DNA from: Candidatus Kapaibacterium sp.
GTDB lineage: Bacteria; Bacteroidota; Ignavibacteria; Kapaibacteriales; UBA2268
Assembly: GCA_963664875.1 (NCBI GenBank)
Contig: OY761611.1
Location: 1,408,001 to 1,472,000 of the forward strand
Reading direction: 5' to 3'
DNA: 64,000 nt
The notes below the pieces were generated by a model. That model was given only the letters and a program-made list of their open reading frames with translations, was not told the origin of the DNA and did no database searches. Made by a program: the position numbers and the translations under genes. This document shows positions 30,857 to 41,357 of the stretch, piece after piece. The stretch's first letter is position 1. Each line of letters starts with the position of its first letter.

Positions 30857-32152
30857 CTATCTGCCTTCGTTCATCAATTCTTCGATTTCATCAGAGTCAG
30901 CCGGAATTGTTTCCATCAAGTCAACAGGGCCGTTTTCTGTTACTAAGATGTCGTTTTCGATACGAATACCGATGCCTTCTTCAGGGATATAAATACCCGG
31001 TTCGCAGGAGAATACCATGCCCGGTACCAATTTTTCCTGTTTGAAGCCAAGATCATGCACGTCTAAGCCCATGAAGTGAGAGGTGCCATGCATGTAATAT
31101 TTAAAGAATAACGGACTATTAGGGTCTTGGTTTTTCACTTCTTCCGCAGTGAAAAGCCCCAACTTAATCATCTCCTCTTCCATAAGTCCGCAAACTTCCT
31201 TATGGTACTCGTCGATAGTAGCCCCAACAACTAATTTAGAAATAGCTTGTTTCATTACACCTCTTACCGAATCATAGCAAGCTTTTTGTCTTTCTGTAAA
31301 TTTACCATTTACAGGTATAGTACGGCTCAAATCTCCGGCATAGTTAGCATACTCAGCACCAAAGTCAAGCAAAAGAAGATCTCCGTCTTTACATTCTTTG
31401 TCGTTTTCTACGTAGTGAAGCACGCAAGCTGATTCGCCGGAAGCAACAATCGGATTATAAGAGTGACCTGTTGCTCTGTTACTTAAAAACTCATGTATAA
31501 TTTCAGCTTCAACTTCGTACTCCATAACTCCCGGTTTCACGAATTTAAGCAATCTGCGGAACGCTTTTTCTGTGATGTCGCAAGCTTCTCTCATCAAACC
31601 AACTTCGATAGGAGATTTGGAAACTCGGATTTTGTGCATGATTTTCGCAGCACGGTAGTACTCATGCAAAGGCCATTTAGATTTGATTTCATTGATAAAT
31701 CTTATATCGCCATACTGCACATTTGTAGCAAAGCGGATATTCTCGTTAGTGTTCATATAAACACCGTCGCAATTTGCCATTAAGTCAGCCATTACGCTAT
31801 CAAACTGCTCCAACCAGTAAACAGTTTTAATACCCGATACCTGAGTAGCTTCAGGCTTAGAATATTTTTTGCCATACCAGCGAGCCATATAGTCGTTAGT
31901 TTCCTCTACGAAGAGCACTTCGCGTAGATTTTCCCTTGTGCAGTCAGGGAAGATAACAAGAATGGATTTAGACTGATCAATACCGCTAAGGTAGAACATA
32001 TCAGAATTTTGGCGGAAAGTAAAAAACTGATCGCCATTTCTTGGATATTCGTCATTTGAATTTATAATCGCCAAAGTATTTGGCTTCATTTCTTTAGCAA
32101 ATTTAGCTCTGTTTTCGATAAAGAGCCTGTTATCAATAGGTAAGTATTTCAT
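30857..32152 (-). CDS. pepP: Xaa-Pro aminopeptidase (M24B)
   Basis: FRQNSD.FYLSG, LHY, DFG..Y..D.SRT, HGTSHFMGLDVHD, EPGIY, GIRIEND. Confidence 0.93.
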   Translation of the reverse strand: MKYLPIDNRLFIENRAKFAKEMKPNTLAIINSNDEYPRNGDQFFTFRQNSDMFYLSGIDQSKSILVIFPDCTRENLREVLFVEETNDYMARWYGKKYSKPEATQVSGIKTVYWLEQFDSVMADLMANCDGVYMNTNENIRFATNVQYGDIRFINEIKSKWPLHEYYRAAKIMHKIRVSKSPIEVGLMREACDITEKAFRRLLKFVKPGVMEYEVEAEIIHEFLSNRATGHSYNPIVASGESACVLHYVENDKECKDGDLLLLDFGAEYANYAGDLSRTIPVNGKFTERQKACYDSVRGVMKQAISKLVVGATIDEYHKEVCGLMEEEMIKLGLFTAEEVKNQDPNSPLFFKYYMHGTSHFMGLDVHDLGFKQEKLVPGMVFSCEPGIYIPEEGIGIRIENDILVTENGPVDLMETIPADSDEIEELMNEGR

Positions 32153-32405
32153 TTTACACCCGTTTGAATTCGAAAATGATGTTATTTAATTAGATAATCC
32201 AAAATATCAAAAATGTATGGCATAGGCAAGACTAAACGGTAAATTCGTAAGAAATATTTTTAGCTGACATAAGAAAACCAAAAATAGCAATATACAATTT
32301 ATAAGCACGTCAATATTGCTCGTTGGCAATATTCTTGCTTTTATTCTTTATTTATTCTAATTTGACGAAAAAGATTTATTGATTTTATAATAAGGGAATG
32401 CTATA

Positions 32406-33350
32406 ATGGCTGAACATCATGACTTGATAATAATCGGCTCAGGACCTGCCGGTCTGACTGCAGCAATTTACGGAAGCAGAGCCAATCTTGATACTGTAAT
32501 TTTCGAAGGTCAGCAACCCGGTGGGCAGCTGATGATTACTACAGAAGTAGAAAACTATCCGGGATTTGAAAATGGCATTCAAGGTCCTGAAATGATGGAC
32601 ATATTCAGAAAACAGGCACAAAGATTTGGTGCCAAATCTCTTTACAAAACAATCACAAAAGTTGATTTTTCCAAAAGACCTTTTACTGTATGGGACGAAA
32701 ACGACACTGAATATACCGCTGATGCTGTTATTATATCTACAGGAGCTACTGCCCGTACTTTAAAAATTCCTTCAGAGCAGACTTATTGGGGGCACGGCAT
32801 CTCTGCTTGTGCTACTTGCGACGGCTTTTTCTACAGAGGCTTGAAAGTGTTTGTAGTTGGCGGTGGAGACACAGCTATGGAAGAAGCTACTTACCTTACA
32901 AATTTTGCAACTTCTGTTACTTTGTTGCACAGAAGAGAAGAATTTAGAGCATCGCAAGTGATGATAGACAGAGCAAAAGCAAATCCGAAAATCAATTTTA
33001 TGCTTAATTCTACTATAGATGAGTTCACCGGAAAAGAAGAAAACGGCATCAAAATGTTAACAGGAATCAGAGTAAAGAACACTCAGACAGGCGAAATAAC
33101 TGAACATGATGCAGACGGTGTATTTATAGCTATTGGGCACGAACCAAATACTAAGTTGTTTGAAGGCATTTTAGACATGGACGACAACAAATATCTTGTA
33201 ACAAAACCTGATTGCACTTATACTAATATCGAAGGTGTATTTGCGTGCGGCGACGTACAGGATCACGTTTACCGTCAGGCAATTACTGCTGCCGGAAGCG
33301 GATGTGCTGCTGCTATTGATGCAGAAAGATGGTTGCAGGCAAACAGATAA
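32406..33350 (+). CDS. trxB: Thioredoxin reductase
   Basis: GSGPAG, CATCDG, GGGDTAMEEA, YRQAITAAGSG. Confidence 0.98.
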   Translation: MAEHHDLIIIGSGPAGLTAAIYGSRANLDTVIFEGQQPGGQLMITTEVENYPGFENGIQGPEMMDIFRKQAQRFGAKSLYKTITKVDFSKRPFTVWDENDTEYTADAVIISTGATARTLKIPSEQTYWGHGISACATCDGFFYRGLKVFVVGGGDTAMEEATYLTNFATSVTLLHRREEFRASQVMIDRAKANPKINFMLNSTIDEFTGKEENGIKMLTGIRVKNTQTGEITEHDADGVFIAIGHEPNTKLFEGILDMDDNKYLVTKPDCTYTNIEGVFACGDVQDHVYRQAITAAGSGCAAAIDAERWLQANR

Positions 33351-33363
33351 ATAATCTAATCTT

Positions 33364-33412
33364 AAAAAAACAGTCTCTATTTCATTTCGGTTGAATAGAG
33401 ACTGTTTTTTTT
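33364..33412. terminator. Bidirectional terminator between trxB and TBDR gene
   Basis: AAAAAAACAGTCTCTATT...AATAGAGACTGTTTTTTT. Confidence 0.85.
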
Positions 33413-33443
33413 AAAATATTACGAAAGAAGTTTTACGAAATAT

Positions 33444-35420
33444 CTATTTTCCGAAATGATACTGCACTTTGAACAGCATTTCCAATCCACCGCTTGGCAT
33501 AGGTGCGTGACCACCTTTATAAGGCTGGTAGAAGCTAAATCCGGAATCAGTAATATCATAAGCCGCAAGACTTACATTCAGACCACTGATAAGTAAATCT
33601 TTGTATAAAAGATTCGCATTTAGTAATAGCTTGCCATCATCTGCTGTTATAATAACATCGTCTGCTTCGAGGTCATAAGCTGTATTTGAATATCTTTTTG
33701 TAATATACATCAAAGAAGGGTTCAAACTTAGCTTGTCTGTCAAATTCAGACTACCGCTAAAAGCAATCTTATTACCCGGCAATCCTAAAAGTAAACCATC
33801 TTCATCGGGTATAGTGTAGTAATCAACTTCGACATCGTTAGCTTTGTAATAAGAATAAGACAAATTAGCATATCCCCAATCGTCTCTGTATCTATATTCG
33901 AATTCAAAGCCCATTGTCCCGGTTTTTCCTTCATTTTTATAAATCTCTTCTTCAGTCTCACTGTCATAGAAATATACAATAGTTTTATCTATGGTAATGT
34001 GATAAACATTAGCTGTGAGTTGCATTTTAGGATTGAGTTGGTATCCGACTTCTAATTCGATTACAGAAGTTTGTTCAGGATCGATTTCGTTATTTGGAGC
34101 CAAATCAATGTTGAAGATTGACGGAGATCTAAAAGCCTGAGAGTAGAGAGCTTTAAGATGAAGGTCGTCTATTTTTTTTGTGATACCTATTCTCGGAGCG
34201 AAAGCAGAACCTGTTTTAGAATGGTTGTCCATTCTCGCACCAACAGTAAGATTCGCAATTTTGTGTTTAAGCAACGCTTGAGCAAAAACAGCAATATTGT
34301 TGTAATCTACCTTACTTTCAGTACCGTCAGCAAATCCACCGGAATTTTCAATATCTTTCGTTTCCGAAGATAATGTATAATATTCCATGCCACCTGTAAG
34401 ATTAAACATCTCGTCAATATCCCACGATGCAAGTAAATTTGCTTTGATTTTATTTAGGTTAAAATCAAAGAAATATTGTTCTTTATCATCAGCATACCAC
34501 GGCTTTTGATTTTTGTACGTAACCGTTGGGGTTAGACTAAAATTATCCCCAATATTATATTCATAGCTTGCTCTGATTGCCATAGTTTTAAAATCTATTG
34601 CTACAGGTTTAGCAAGAATATTATCAAAAAGATCAATTGAAGTGTTATTGTATCCATCGTAGAGGAAAGTCAAAGAAAAATCTTTATATTTAGCATCGAA
34701 ATTGACAAACATATTGTTCAACTCTAAAATGCCTTCATTGGTTTCTGATGTTGCACCGAAAATATCACTGTATTTGTCATTGTTCCTATTTGCAGCACCA
34801 TAGAAAGTAAGCAAAGAAAGACTCAAATCACCAAACTTTTTTCCTGCCATTAGGTTTACATTTGTTCTTCCCATCTGGTCAGCATACATTCCGTATTTTG
34901 CATTAGCAGTTACGCCATCTAAAGTTTCAGCATCCTTAGTTACAATATTTATAACCCCTAACTCAGCATAACCTCCATAAAGAGCACTCCCCGGTCCTCT
35001 TATTATTTCGATTCTTTTGATATGATCCGGAGAAATATGATTACCAAATTGAGTTGTGGTATAAAGATCTTCGTTCAATTCGACTCCGTTAAACAGCAAA
35101 AGTACTTTGCCTTCTGTGCCTGTATTGCCTCTCATACCTATACTTACAACATTTTGAACATCGCTGACAAAATTGATACCGGGCACTAATCTCAACACAT
35201 CGATTAAATCACGAGCACCTGACTTTTGTATTTCTTCGGAAGTAACCACAGTAACTATACCCGGAGACTCTTTCTGAGTCAGAGCTTTTTTCCCGGAAGC
35301 CACTGTGATTTCCATATTCATAAGCTCATCTAATGACAAATCAAGAAGATCATCAGTCTCTTGTGCAAAAGTTTGGCTAACTAAAGCAAAACATAACAAA
35401 AATAGTAATAATTGACGCAT
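33444..35420 (-). CDS. TonB-dependent receptor
   Basis: LSLDELMN, plug motif IKRIEIIRGPGSALYG..GVINIVT, AFRSP, terminal aromatic strand. Confidence 0.92.
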   Translation of the reverse strand: MRQLLLFLLCFALVSQTFAQETDDLLDLSLDELMNMEITVASGKKALTQKESPGIVTVVTSEEIQKSGARDLIDVLRLVPGINFVSDVQNVVSIGMRGNTGTEGKVLLLFNGVELNEDLYTTTQFGNHISPDHIKRIEIIRGPGSALYGGYAELGVINIVTKDAETLDGVTANAKYGMYADQMGRTNVNLMAGKKFGDLSLSLLTFYGAANRNNDKYSDIFGATSETNEGILELNNMFVNFDAKYKDFSLTFLYDGYNNTSIDLFDNILAKPVAIDFKTMAIRASYEYNIGDNFSLTPTVTYKNQKPWYADDKEQYFFDFNLNKIKANLLASWDIDEMFNLTGGMEYYTLSSETKDIENSGGFADGTESKVDYNNIAVFAQALLKHKIANLTVGARMDNHSKTGSAFAPRIGITKKIDDLHLKALYSQAFRSPSIFNIDLAPNNEIDPEQTSVIELEVGYQLNPKMQLTANVYHITIDKTIVYFYDSETEEEIYKNEGKTGTMGFEFEYRYRDDWGYANLSYSYYKANDVEVDYYTIPDEDGLLLGLPGNKIAFSGSLNLTDKLSLNPSLMYITKRYSNTAYDLEADDVIITADDGKLLLNANLLYKDLLISGLNVSLAAYDITDSGFSFYQPYKGGHAPMPSGGLEMLFKVQYHFGK

Positions 35421-35578
35421 ACGAACCCCACAAAAATATTATATATTGATATTGATTAGAAGAATTATCTACAATAATGATACCATATTTTAATGAACGC
35501 CTGCCAACTCTGTATATTTTAATCTATTACAATTTTCGCAGTACTTTAACTATATTTTACTGTTTAAAAGCATTCGTC

Positions 35579-36799
35579 TTAATACAATCTCAACATATCC
35601 TCAAAAGTTTCTCTTCTTCTGATAAGTAAAGGATTACCGTCTTTTATTATTACCTCTGCAGGTCGTGGTCTATTGTTGTAATTAGATGACATTACATAAC
35701 CGTATGCCCCTGCATCTCTAAAAACTAAAAGATCACCTTCTTCTGCTACGGGCAGATATACATGTTTATCAAAAATATCAGAATTTTCGCAAATCTGTCC
35801 ACAGATATTATAAAATTGTTCCGCTTTGCCTTTACCGTAGATAGATGAACGGTGTTTTGCACCATAAAGAGCCGGTCTGATTAGAGTATTAATTCCCGCG
35901 TCAACACCCACAAATGTCTTATAGCTTTTTTTGATACCTGTTACCTTGGCTATCAAGTATCCTGCATTCGCTACTAAATACCTGCCCGGCTCTAACTTCA
36001 ATTCCGGCAAGCCGAGATTGTATTTATCCGATTTTTCATGTATTACTTCAGATATAAGCTTAGCTGTAAAATCAATATTCAAATCTTCTTCATCATCTGC
36101 ATAAGGCACACCAAAACCGCCACCAATATCAATAAACTCCGGCTTTGCTCCAATCTGAGTAAAAAGATTCCCGGTAATTTTCATGAGCTTATCTACAACC
36201 TCATAAAAATAATACGGTTCCAAATTATTTGACCCTGCCATCATGTGAATTCCAAATCTATCTATACCGGCATCAATAGCTTTCCTGTATGCTTCCAAAG
36301 CTTTTTCGTAAGGTACTCCAAATTTCGCATCTGCCCCACCTGTGGTTATACCTTCGAACCCCCCTCTACCAATACCGGGATTGATTCTAAACGATATTCT
36401 TTTAGGTTTGAATACTTGAAGCATTCTGTCTAAAGATGAAATGTCATCTAAATTGATTGTGATATCTTCATATTTAGCTATCTCACACCAATCACTATGG
36501 CTTTCATAATTCCCTGTATATAATATTTTGGAGTTTTCTATACCGGCCCTATCTGCCAGCATTAACTCAATCGGCGAGGCTGTATCAGCACCACAACCAA
36601 GTGAATTAAATACTTTGAGAATATTTAGATTTGAATTAGCTTTGACAGAAAAATGTACTGTATTATTTGGATAGTACTTATCGAATGAACTCTTCAAATT
36701 GAAGTAGTTTTGTTCAATTTGATTCTGATCATAGACATAAAGAGGAGTTCCAAATTCCTCGGCAAGCTGTTTTATATCATAGTTGTTGATTTGATTCAC
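35579..36799 (-). CDS. lysA: Diaminopimelate decarboxylase
   Basis: GTPLYVYD, FSVKANSN (PLP Lys), DIGGG, EPGRY, CENSD, GAYG..MSSNYN. Confidence 0.96.
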   Translation of the reverse strand: MNQINNYDIKQLAEEFGTPLYVYDQNQIEQNYFNLKSSFDKYYPNNTVHFSVKANSNLNILKVFNSLGCGADTASPIELMLADRAGIENSKILYTGNYESHSDWCEIAKYEDITINLDDISSLDRMLQVFKPKRISFRINPGIGRGGFEGITTGGADAKFGVPYEKALEAYRKAIDAGIDRFGIHMMAGSNNLEPYYFYEVVDKLMKITGNLFTQIGAKPEFIDIGGGFGVPYADDEEDLNIDFTAKLISEVIHEKSDKYNLGLPELKLEPGRYLVANAGYLIAKVTGIKKSYKTFVGVDAGINTLIRPALYGAKHRSSIYGKGKAEQFYNICGQICENSDIFDKHVYLPVAEEGDLLVFRDAGAYGYVMSSNYNNRPRPAEVIIKDGNPLLIRRRETFEDMLRLY

Positions 36800-36803
36800 T
36801 GAG

Positions 36804-38189
36804 CTAATTCCTCCTTTTCTCGAATATTTCAGGATGCCTAATTTCAGAGAAGAATCGGTTATGAAGTTTTTTTACAGCTTCTATCAGATGCTCTTCGCTG
36901 ACTACTATACTCAGATTGACCTCAGACGCACCCAGACTAATCATTTGCACATTTATATCTTCGAGCGATCCGAAAAATTTTGCAGCAATGCCGGCAGTTC
37001 TTCTTAGTCCTTCCCCAACTACCGAAATTATTGCTTTGTTTTCGGCAACATCAACATCGGCAAAACCTGATAAATCGTGTATGATTCCTTCTAATTTTGT
37101 TTTATCATCAATGGTAAGTGAAATGCTAACCTCTGATGTGGTAATTAAATCAACACTTGTGCTGTGTTGCCTGAATATATCAAAGACTTTACTCAAAAAG
37201 CCTACAGCACCTAACATTCTTTTAGAATCTATATTTATTATTGTTATTCCTTTCCGAAAAGCTATGGCTTTGATAAAGTCAGAGCCAGAACCTTTTGATA
37301 ATATTAACGTGCCACCGCTTTCAGGGAAAAACGTATTTTTAACATAAACCGGAATATTTTTCTTCACAGCAGGAGCAATAGTTTTAGGATGAAGAACTTT
37401 AGCACCAAAGTATGCAAGCTCGGCAGCTTCCCTGTAAGTCAACCTTTTGACTAAGCAGGCATTTTCTACAATTCTTGGGTCAGAAGTCATTATGCCATCT
37501 ACATCAGTCCATATTTCGAGACTATCAGCATTGATACTTGAAGCGATAATTGCAGCTGAGTAATCAGATCCACCTCTTCCAAGCGTTGTTACTATACCTT
37601 TCAAATCCGAACCAACAAATCCACCTGTAATAATCAAATCTGTCTCATCGAGCAAAGGTAAGAGAATGGTCTCACATTCCGTTTCAGTATGTCTAAAATC
37701 AACTTCAGCTTCTGTAAAATTGCTGTTTGTCTTTATCAGCAGATTTGGTTCAATTCGCTTAGAGTATAAGTCTATAGAATTAAAATACTCATTTACTAAG
37801 TACGAGGAGAGTAGTTCGCCAATGGACAAGATGGCATCTTTAGTTTTCGGGCTAATATCTCCGAGTATTTCAGTAGCTTCTATATATTTTTTCAAATTTC
37901 CACAAACTTCATCTATATATTTAGAGGATTGTATTTCGATATCCAAATCCTCAGCTACACTTTTGTGTTTATTACTAATATATGCGATATTTTCATAGGC
38001 ATTTACGTATTGCTTGGTTTCCAATGCATCAATAATTGCAACCAAAGTATTTGTAATAGTAGCCATGGCGGACACAACCACTATCTTTTTCCCGGATTTC
38101 CCCATAATGATAGATAATAGCTTTCTAAAAGCAATTGCATCTTTTACGGAGGTGCCTCCAAATTTCAAAACATTAAGACTAAGATTCAT
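36804..38189 (-). CDS. lysC: Aspartate kinase (monofunctional, two ACT domains)
   Basis: KFGGTSV, VVVSAM, TTLGRGGSDYSA, WTDVDG, GAKVLHP. Confidence 0.96.
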   Translation of the reverse strand: MNLSLNVLKFGGTSVKDAIAFRKLLSIIMGKSGKKIVVVSAMATITNTLVAIIDALETKQYVNAYENIAYISNKHKSVAEDLDIEIQSSKYIDEVCGNLKKYIEATEILGDISPKTKDAILSIGELLSSYLVNEYFNSIDLYSKRIEPNLLIKTNSNFTEAEVDFRHTETECETILLPLLDETDLIITGGFVGSDLKGIVTTLGRGGSDYSAAIIASSINADSLEIWTDVDGIMTSDPRIVENACLVKRLTYREAAELAYFGAKVLHPKTIAPAVKKNIPVYVKNTFFPESGGTLILSKGSGSDFIKAIAFRKGITIINIDSKRMLGAVGFLSKVFDIFRQHSTSVDLITTSEVSISLTIDDKTKLEGIIHDLSGFADVDVAENKAIISVVGEGLRRTAGIAAKFFGSLEDINVQMISLGASEVNLSIVVSEEHLIEAVKKLHNRFFSEIRHPEIFEKRRN

Positions 38190-38266
38190 AATCTTTACAA
38201 AATATTATAACAAATACGTTTAAACAAATGTATATCTTAGACTCGACTAATAAAAGAGATATTTTG
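38126..38266. repeat. Direct repeat copy B (lysC upstream region + first 21 codons)
   Basis: 38176-38266 matches 43502-43592 at 90/91 bp; 38126-38175 matches 43452-43501 at 41/50. Confidence 0.95.
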
Positions 38267-38657
38267 ATATTTCGTATTCTTCAATGCCAAAGAAAAAGCG
38301 TCCATTTATTTTAGTTTGTTAAAGCATATTCTATCGTACTGAAGATAGAATAAAATAACACAACTGATTCAAACGTTAATCAAAGTATGTTAAATTGATT
38401 TGACATATTTTGTGTGACTATAAGGAAATAATAGTTTTTACAATTAATAATATATACATTAGGGAATACATAAAGTGTGTCTAACTAATTCTATAATACT
38501 CTAACAATATCTACCTAATAACTCTATACATTAGTATTGAGTTAAATTTCGTGTACAGATTGGGAAATTTTGAATAAACTTTTGGAGTTACAGGTTCTGA
38601 CTGTTCAGAGATATTTATTTGACTTCTCAGAAATCAATCCACATTCAAACTTTATAC

Positions 38658-39221
38658 ATGAAACTTTTTATAAAAAACATGGTCTGCATTCGTTGTAGGA
38701 TGATTGTAAGTTCTGAATTAGAAAAACTTGGAATCAGATACAAAAATTTGATATTAGGTGAACTTGAATTGATAAGTCACATCTCACAGAGTCACTTGGA
38801 TGCTTTTGATATTGGTTTAAGAAAATATGGTCTAGAATTAATAATTGACAAAAGGGCGCAAATAATTGAAAAAATAAAGAATATCATAATTGAGCAAATT
38901 CATTATTCAGAAGAAGACTTAAAAATCCATTTCCCGGAACTTCTTAGTCAGGAACTTAATTATAATTACAATTATCTTTCAAATCTGTTCTCAGAAATGC
39001 ATGGCACGACTATAGAAAATTTTATTATCAAGCAAAAAATAGAAAAAGTGAAAGAATTGCTTGTTTATAATGAAATGACTCTATCAGAAATTGCATGGAA
39101 ATTGAATTACAGCAGTGTACAACATCTATCAAATCAGTTCAAAAAAATAACAGGGCTTACACCTACTTTCTTCAAAAACATGAAAAATAAGAGACGTATA
39201 GATCTGAACAATATACATTGA
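38658..39221 (+). CDS. AraC-family regulator with N-terminal CxxC (HMA-like) segment
   Basis: IKNMVCIRC; YNYLSNLFS...TIE; LSEIAWKLNYSSVQHLSNQFKKITGLTP. Confidence 0.92.
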   Translation: MKLFIKNMVCIRCRMIVSSELEKLGIRYKNLILGELELISHISQSHLDAFDIGLRKYGLELIIDKRAQIIEKIKNIIIEQIHYSEEDLKIHFPELLSQELNYNYNYLSNLFSEMHGTTIENFIIKQKIEKVKELLVYNEMTLSEIAWKLNYSSVQHLSNQFKKITGLTPTFFKNMKNKRRIDLNNIH

Positions 39222-39954
39222 AAACAGTGGTGTATATAATTTTGTTTATCTTCATTCATATTTTTAATAGTTTTTATATTTATTCATTATATTACAAATA
39301 TTTTCTTCCTATCGCCTTTCCAAAGCAAATCAACTAAACAATGAACAATTCCATTTATAGAATAAAATGCATAACTCTTCATATGACCGCCGAAGTAATG
39401 TATCCGCAATCGCTTCATTTGAAAAATAGAGTATAAATATCAAAAACAGAATAGAAATCCTTTAGTCAGTTTAATTTTATAACAAATCACGATCATCTTT
39501 ATTATTCATCTGTTTTACATGGAACATTTGAAGATATTTTATTTTAATGTAGAACATCTGTGAATTGTGTACATAATATAAACAATAGTGTAACACATCA
39601 CATGTTTGATATGATTACATTAACAATACAAGAAAACGATATCCATTTAAAGATTGTATTTTTTAATTTTAAGGAGATTTGCTATGATATTGAAAGAACA
39701 TGCATCAAACAAGGGAAAGTACACTTCTATTGCTTACTTTATTCTGAACAAAGAACACTGCTAAGCAAAATAGCAAAGAAACTGGGAGAAGTTTATAGGA
39801 TTGACTTACGAGGTTCTATCTCCGAACTACGACAATAAGAATGGAGTAATAGAAATAATTCATTACAATATCGTGCATTCCAAGTCAATATAATGGAAGG
39901 ACTTTACAAGTAAATTAAGGAACTGTTGCACATAGTAAAGCTAGGAGATATATC

Positions 39955-40293
39955 ATGAAAGAATCTGAGATTGAAAAATCCAAAGCATTTATTACAGTAG
40001 AAATTATCGAATATGAACCTCATTCGGTAATTAGCAAAACAATAATCAACAAGACAACAGGAAAAGTCAATGTGATGTCATTTGATATTGGAGAAGCATT
40101 AATTGAAAGAATTATTCCCTTTGATGCTTATGCACAAATAATCGACGGGAACGCGGAGATTATAATAGATGGAATATCTATATTGTTAGAAACAGGGCAT
40201 TCCATAGTCATACCTGCACATACGTCAAATATAGTAAAAGCTAATGAAAGATTTAAAATGATTCTTACTATAATTAAAAGTGGATATGTTTAG
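39955..40293 (+). CDS. Cupin-fold protein
   Basis: SVISKTI..KTTG.V..MSFD.GE, QIIDG.AEI, IPAH; metal-binding His apparently reduced. Confidence 0.8.
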   Translation: MKESEIEKSKAFITVEIIEYEPHSVISKTIINKTTGKVNVMSFDIGEALIERIIPFDAYAQIIDGNAEIIIDGISILLETGHSIVIPAHTSNIVKANERFKMILTIIKSGYV

Positions 40294-40421
40294 TACACAA
40301 ATACCTTAAATCCTGATTTATTTAACACCCCATGAAAGATGGTGCAATACTATTTACTGCAATATGAACATATGAATATAAACTTTTCGCGAAAATCAAA
40401 TCAATAGCTAAAGGAATTACG

Positions 40422-41312
40422 ATGGAAAACATAATTTATATTATTCCGGTTTTAGCAATTATCATCATACTTTTATCCGGAATTAGAATTGTCAGACCTA
40501 CAGAAAGAGGACTGACAGAAAGGCTTGGTAAATATATCAAGTTTGCAAACCCTGGTTTCCACTGGATTATGCCTGGTATAGAAAAACTATACCGAGTGAA
40601 CATTACCGAATCAATGATTGATGCCGAACCACAGGAAATAATAACAAATGATAACCTCAATGCAAGAGTAGATGCACAAGTTTATTTCAGAGTTAAGAGT
40701 GACGAAGAAAGTGTCAAAAACTCAATTTATAATGTTAACAACTACGTTTATCAGATAGTGAACCTTGCAAGAACTACATTAAGAAATATAATTGGCACGA
40801 TGACCTTGAAATCAGCTAATAGTGAGCGAGGTAAGATAAATGCAGGTCTTCATAAAACTCTTTTAGAAGAAACCATCACTTGGGGTATAGAAATTGTCCG
40901 TACCGAATTAAAAGAAATTGACCCACCGTCAGATGTACAAGAAACGATGAATAAAGTAGTGAAAGCTGAGAATGAAAAAGTAGCTGCTGTAGATTTCGCT
41001 TCTGCAAGAGAAACAGTTGCAGACGGTGAAAAAAGAGCCAAGATAAAAGAAGCAGAAGGTTATCGTCAGTCAAAAATTCTTCATGCAGAGGGTGACGCTG
41101 CATCAATTAAACTTGTAAATGAAGCGGCTGACAAATACTTTACTGGTAACGCTCAGCTACTTAGAAAACTTGAAGCACTAGAAAATTCTTTGCAAAACAA
41201 TGCAACGATAATTGTACCTCAAGGATCAGAACTTGTAAATGTTATTGGTGAAATGGCTGGAGTTGTACCGATAAGAGTTAACAAATCACCTATATTTGGC
41301 AAGATAGATTAG
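40422..41312 (+). CDS. SPFH/band 7 (stomatin-like) membrane protein
   Basis: N-terminal TM, ERLGKY, QEIIT.DN..VDA, TTLRNIIG, WGI...ELKEIDPP. Confidence 0.92.
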   Translation: MENIIYIIPVLAIIIILLSGIRIVRPTERGLTERLGKYIKFANPGFHWIMPGIEKLYRVNITESMIDAEPQEIITNDNLNARVDAQVYFRVKSDEESVKNSIYNVNNYVYQIVNLARTTLRNIIGTMTLKSANSERGKINAGLHKTLLEETITWGIEIVRTELKEIDPPSDVQETMNKVVKAENEKVAAVDFASARETVADGEKRAKIKEAEGYRQSKILHAEGDAASIKLVNEAADKYFTGNAQLLRKLEALENSLQNNATIIVPQGSELVNVIGEMAGVVPIRVNKSPIFGKID

Positions 41313-41357
41313 ATTGAAAAACCATATAGAAACTAACTCTCATGATCAGGAACTTTT

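Noticed and set aside
38190-38620. Lysine riboswitch upstream of lysC
   Set aside because: The -7 box lies about 35 bp from the ATG, leaving no room; no AGAGG(T)GC-type aptamer core seen
39560-39838. 92-aa ORF between AraC and cupin
   Set aside because: GTG start overlaps the putative regulatory repeat and there is no recognisable motif; may be a remnant but cannot be supported
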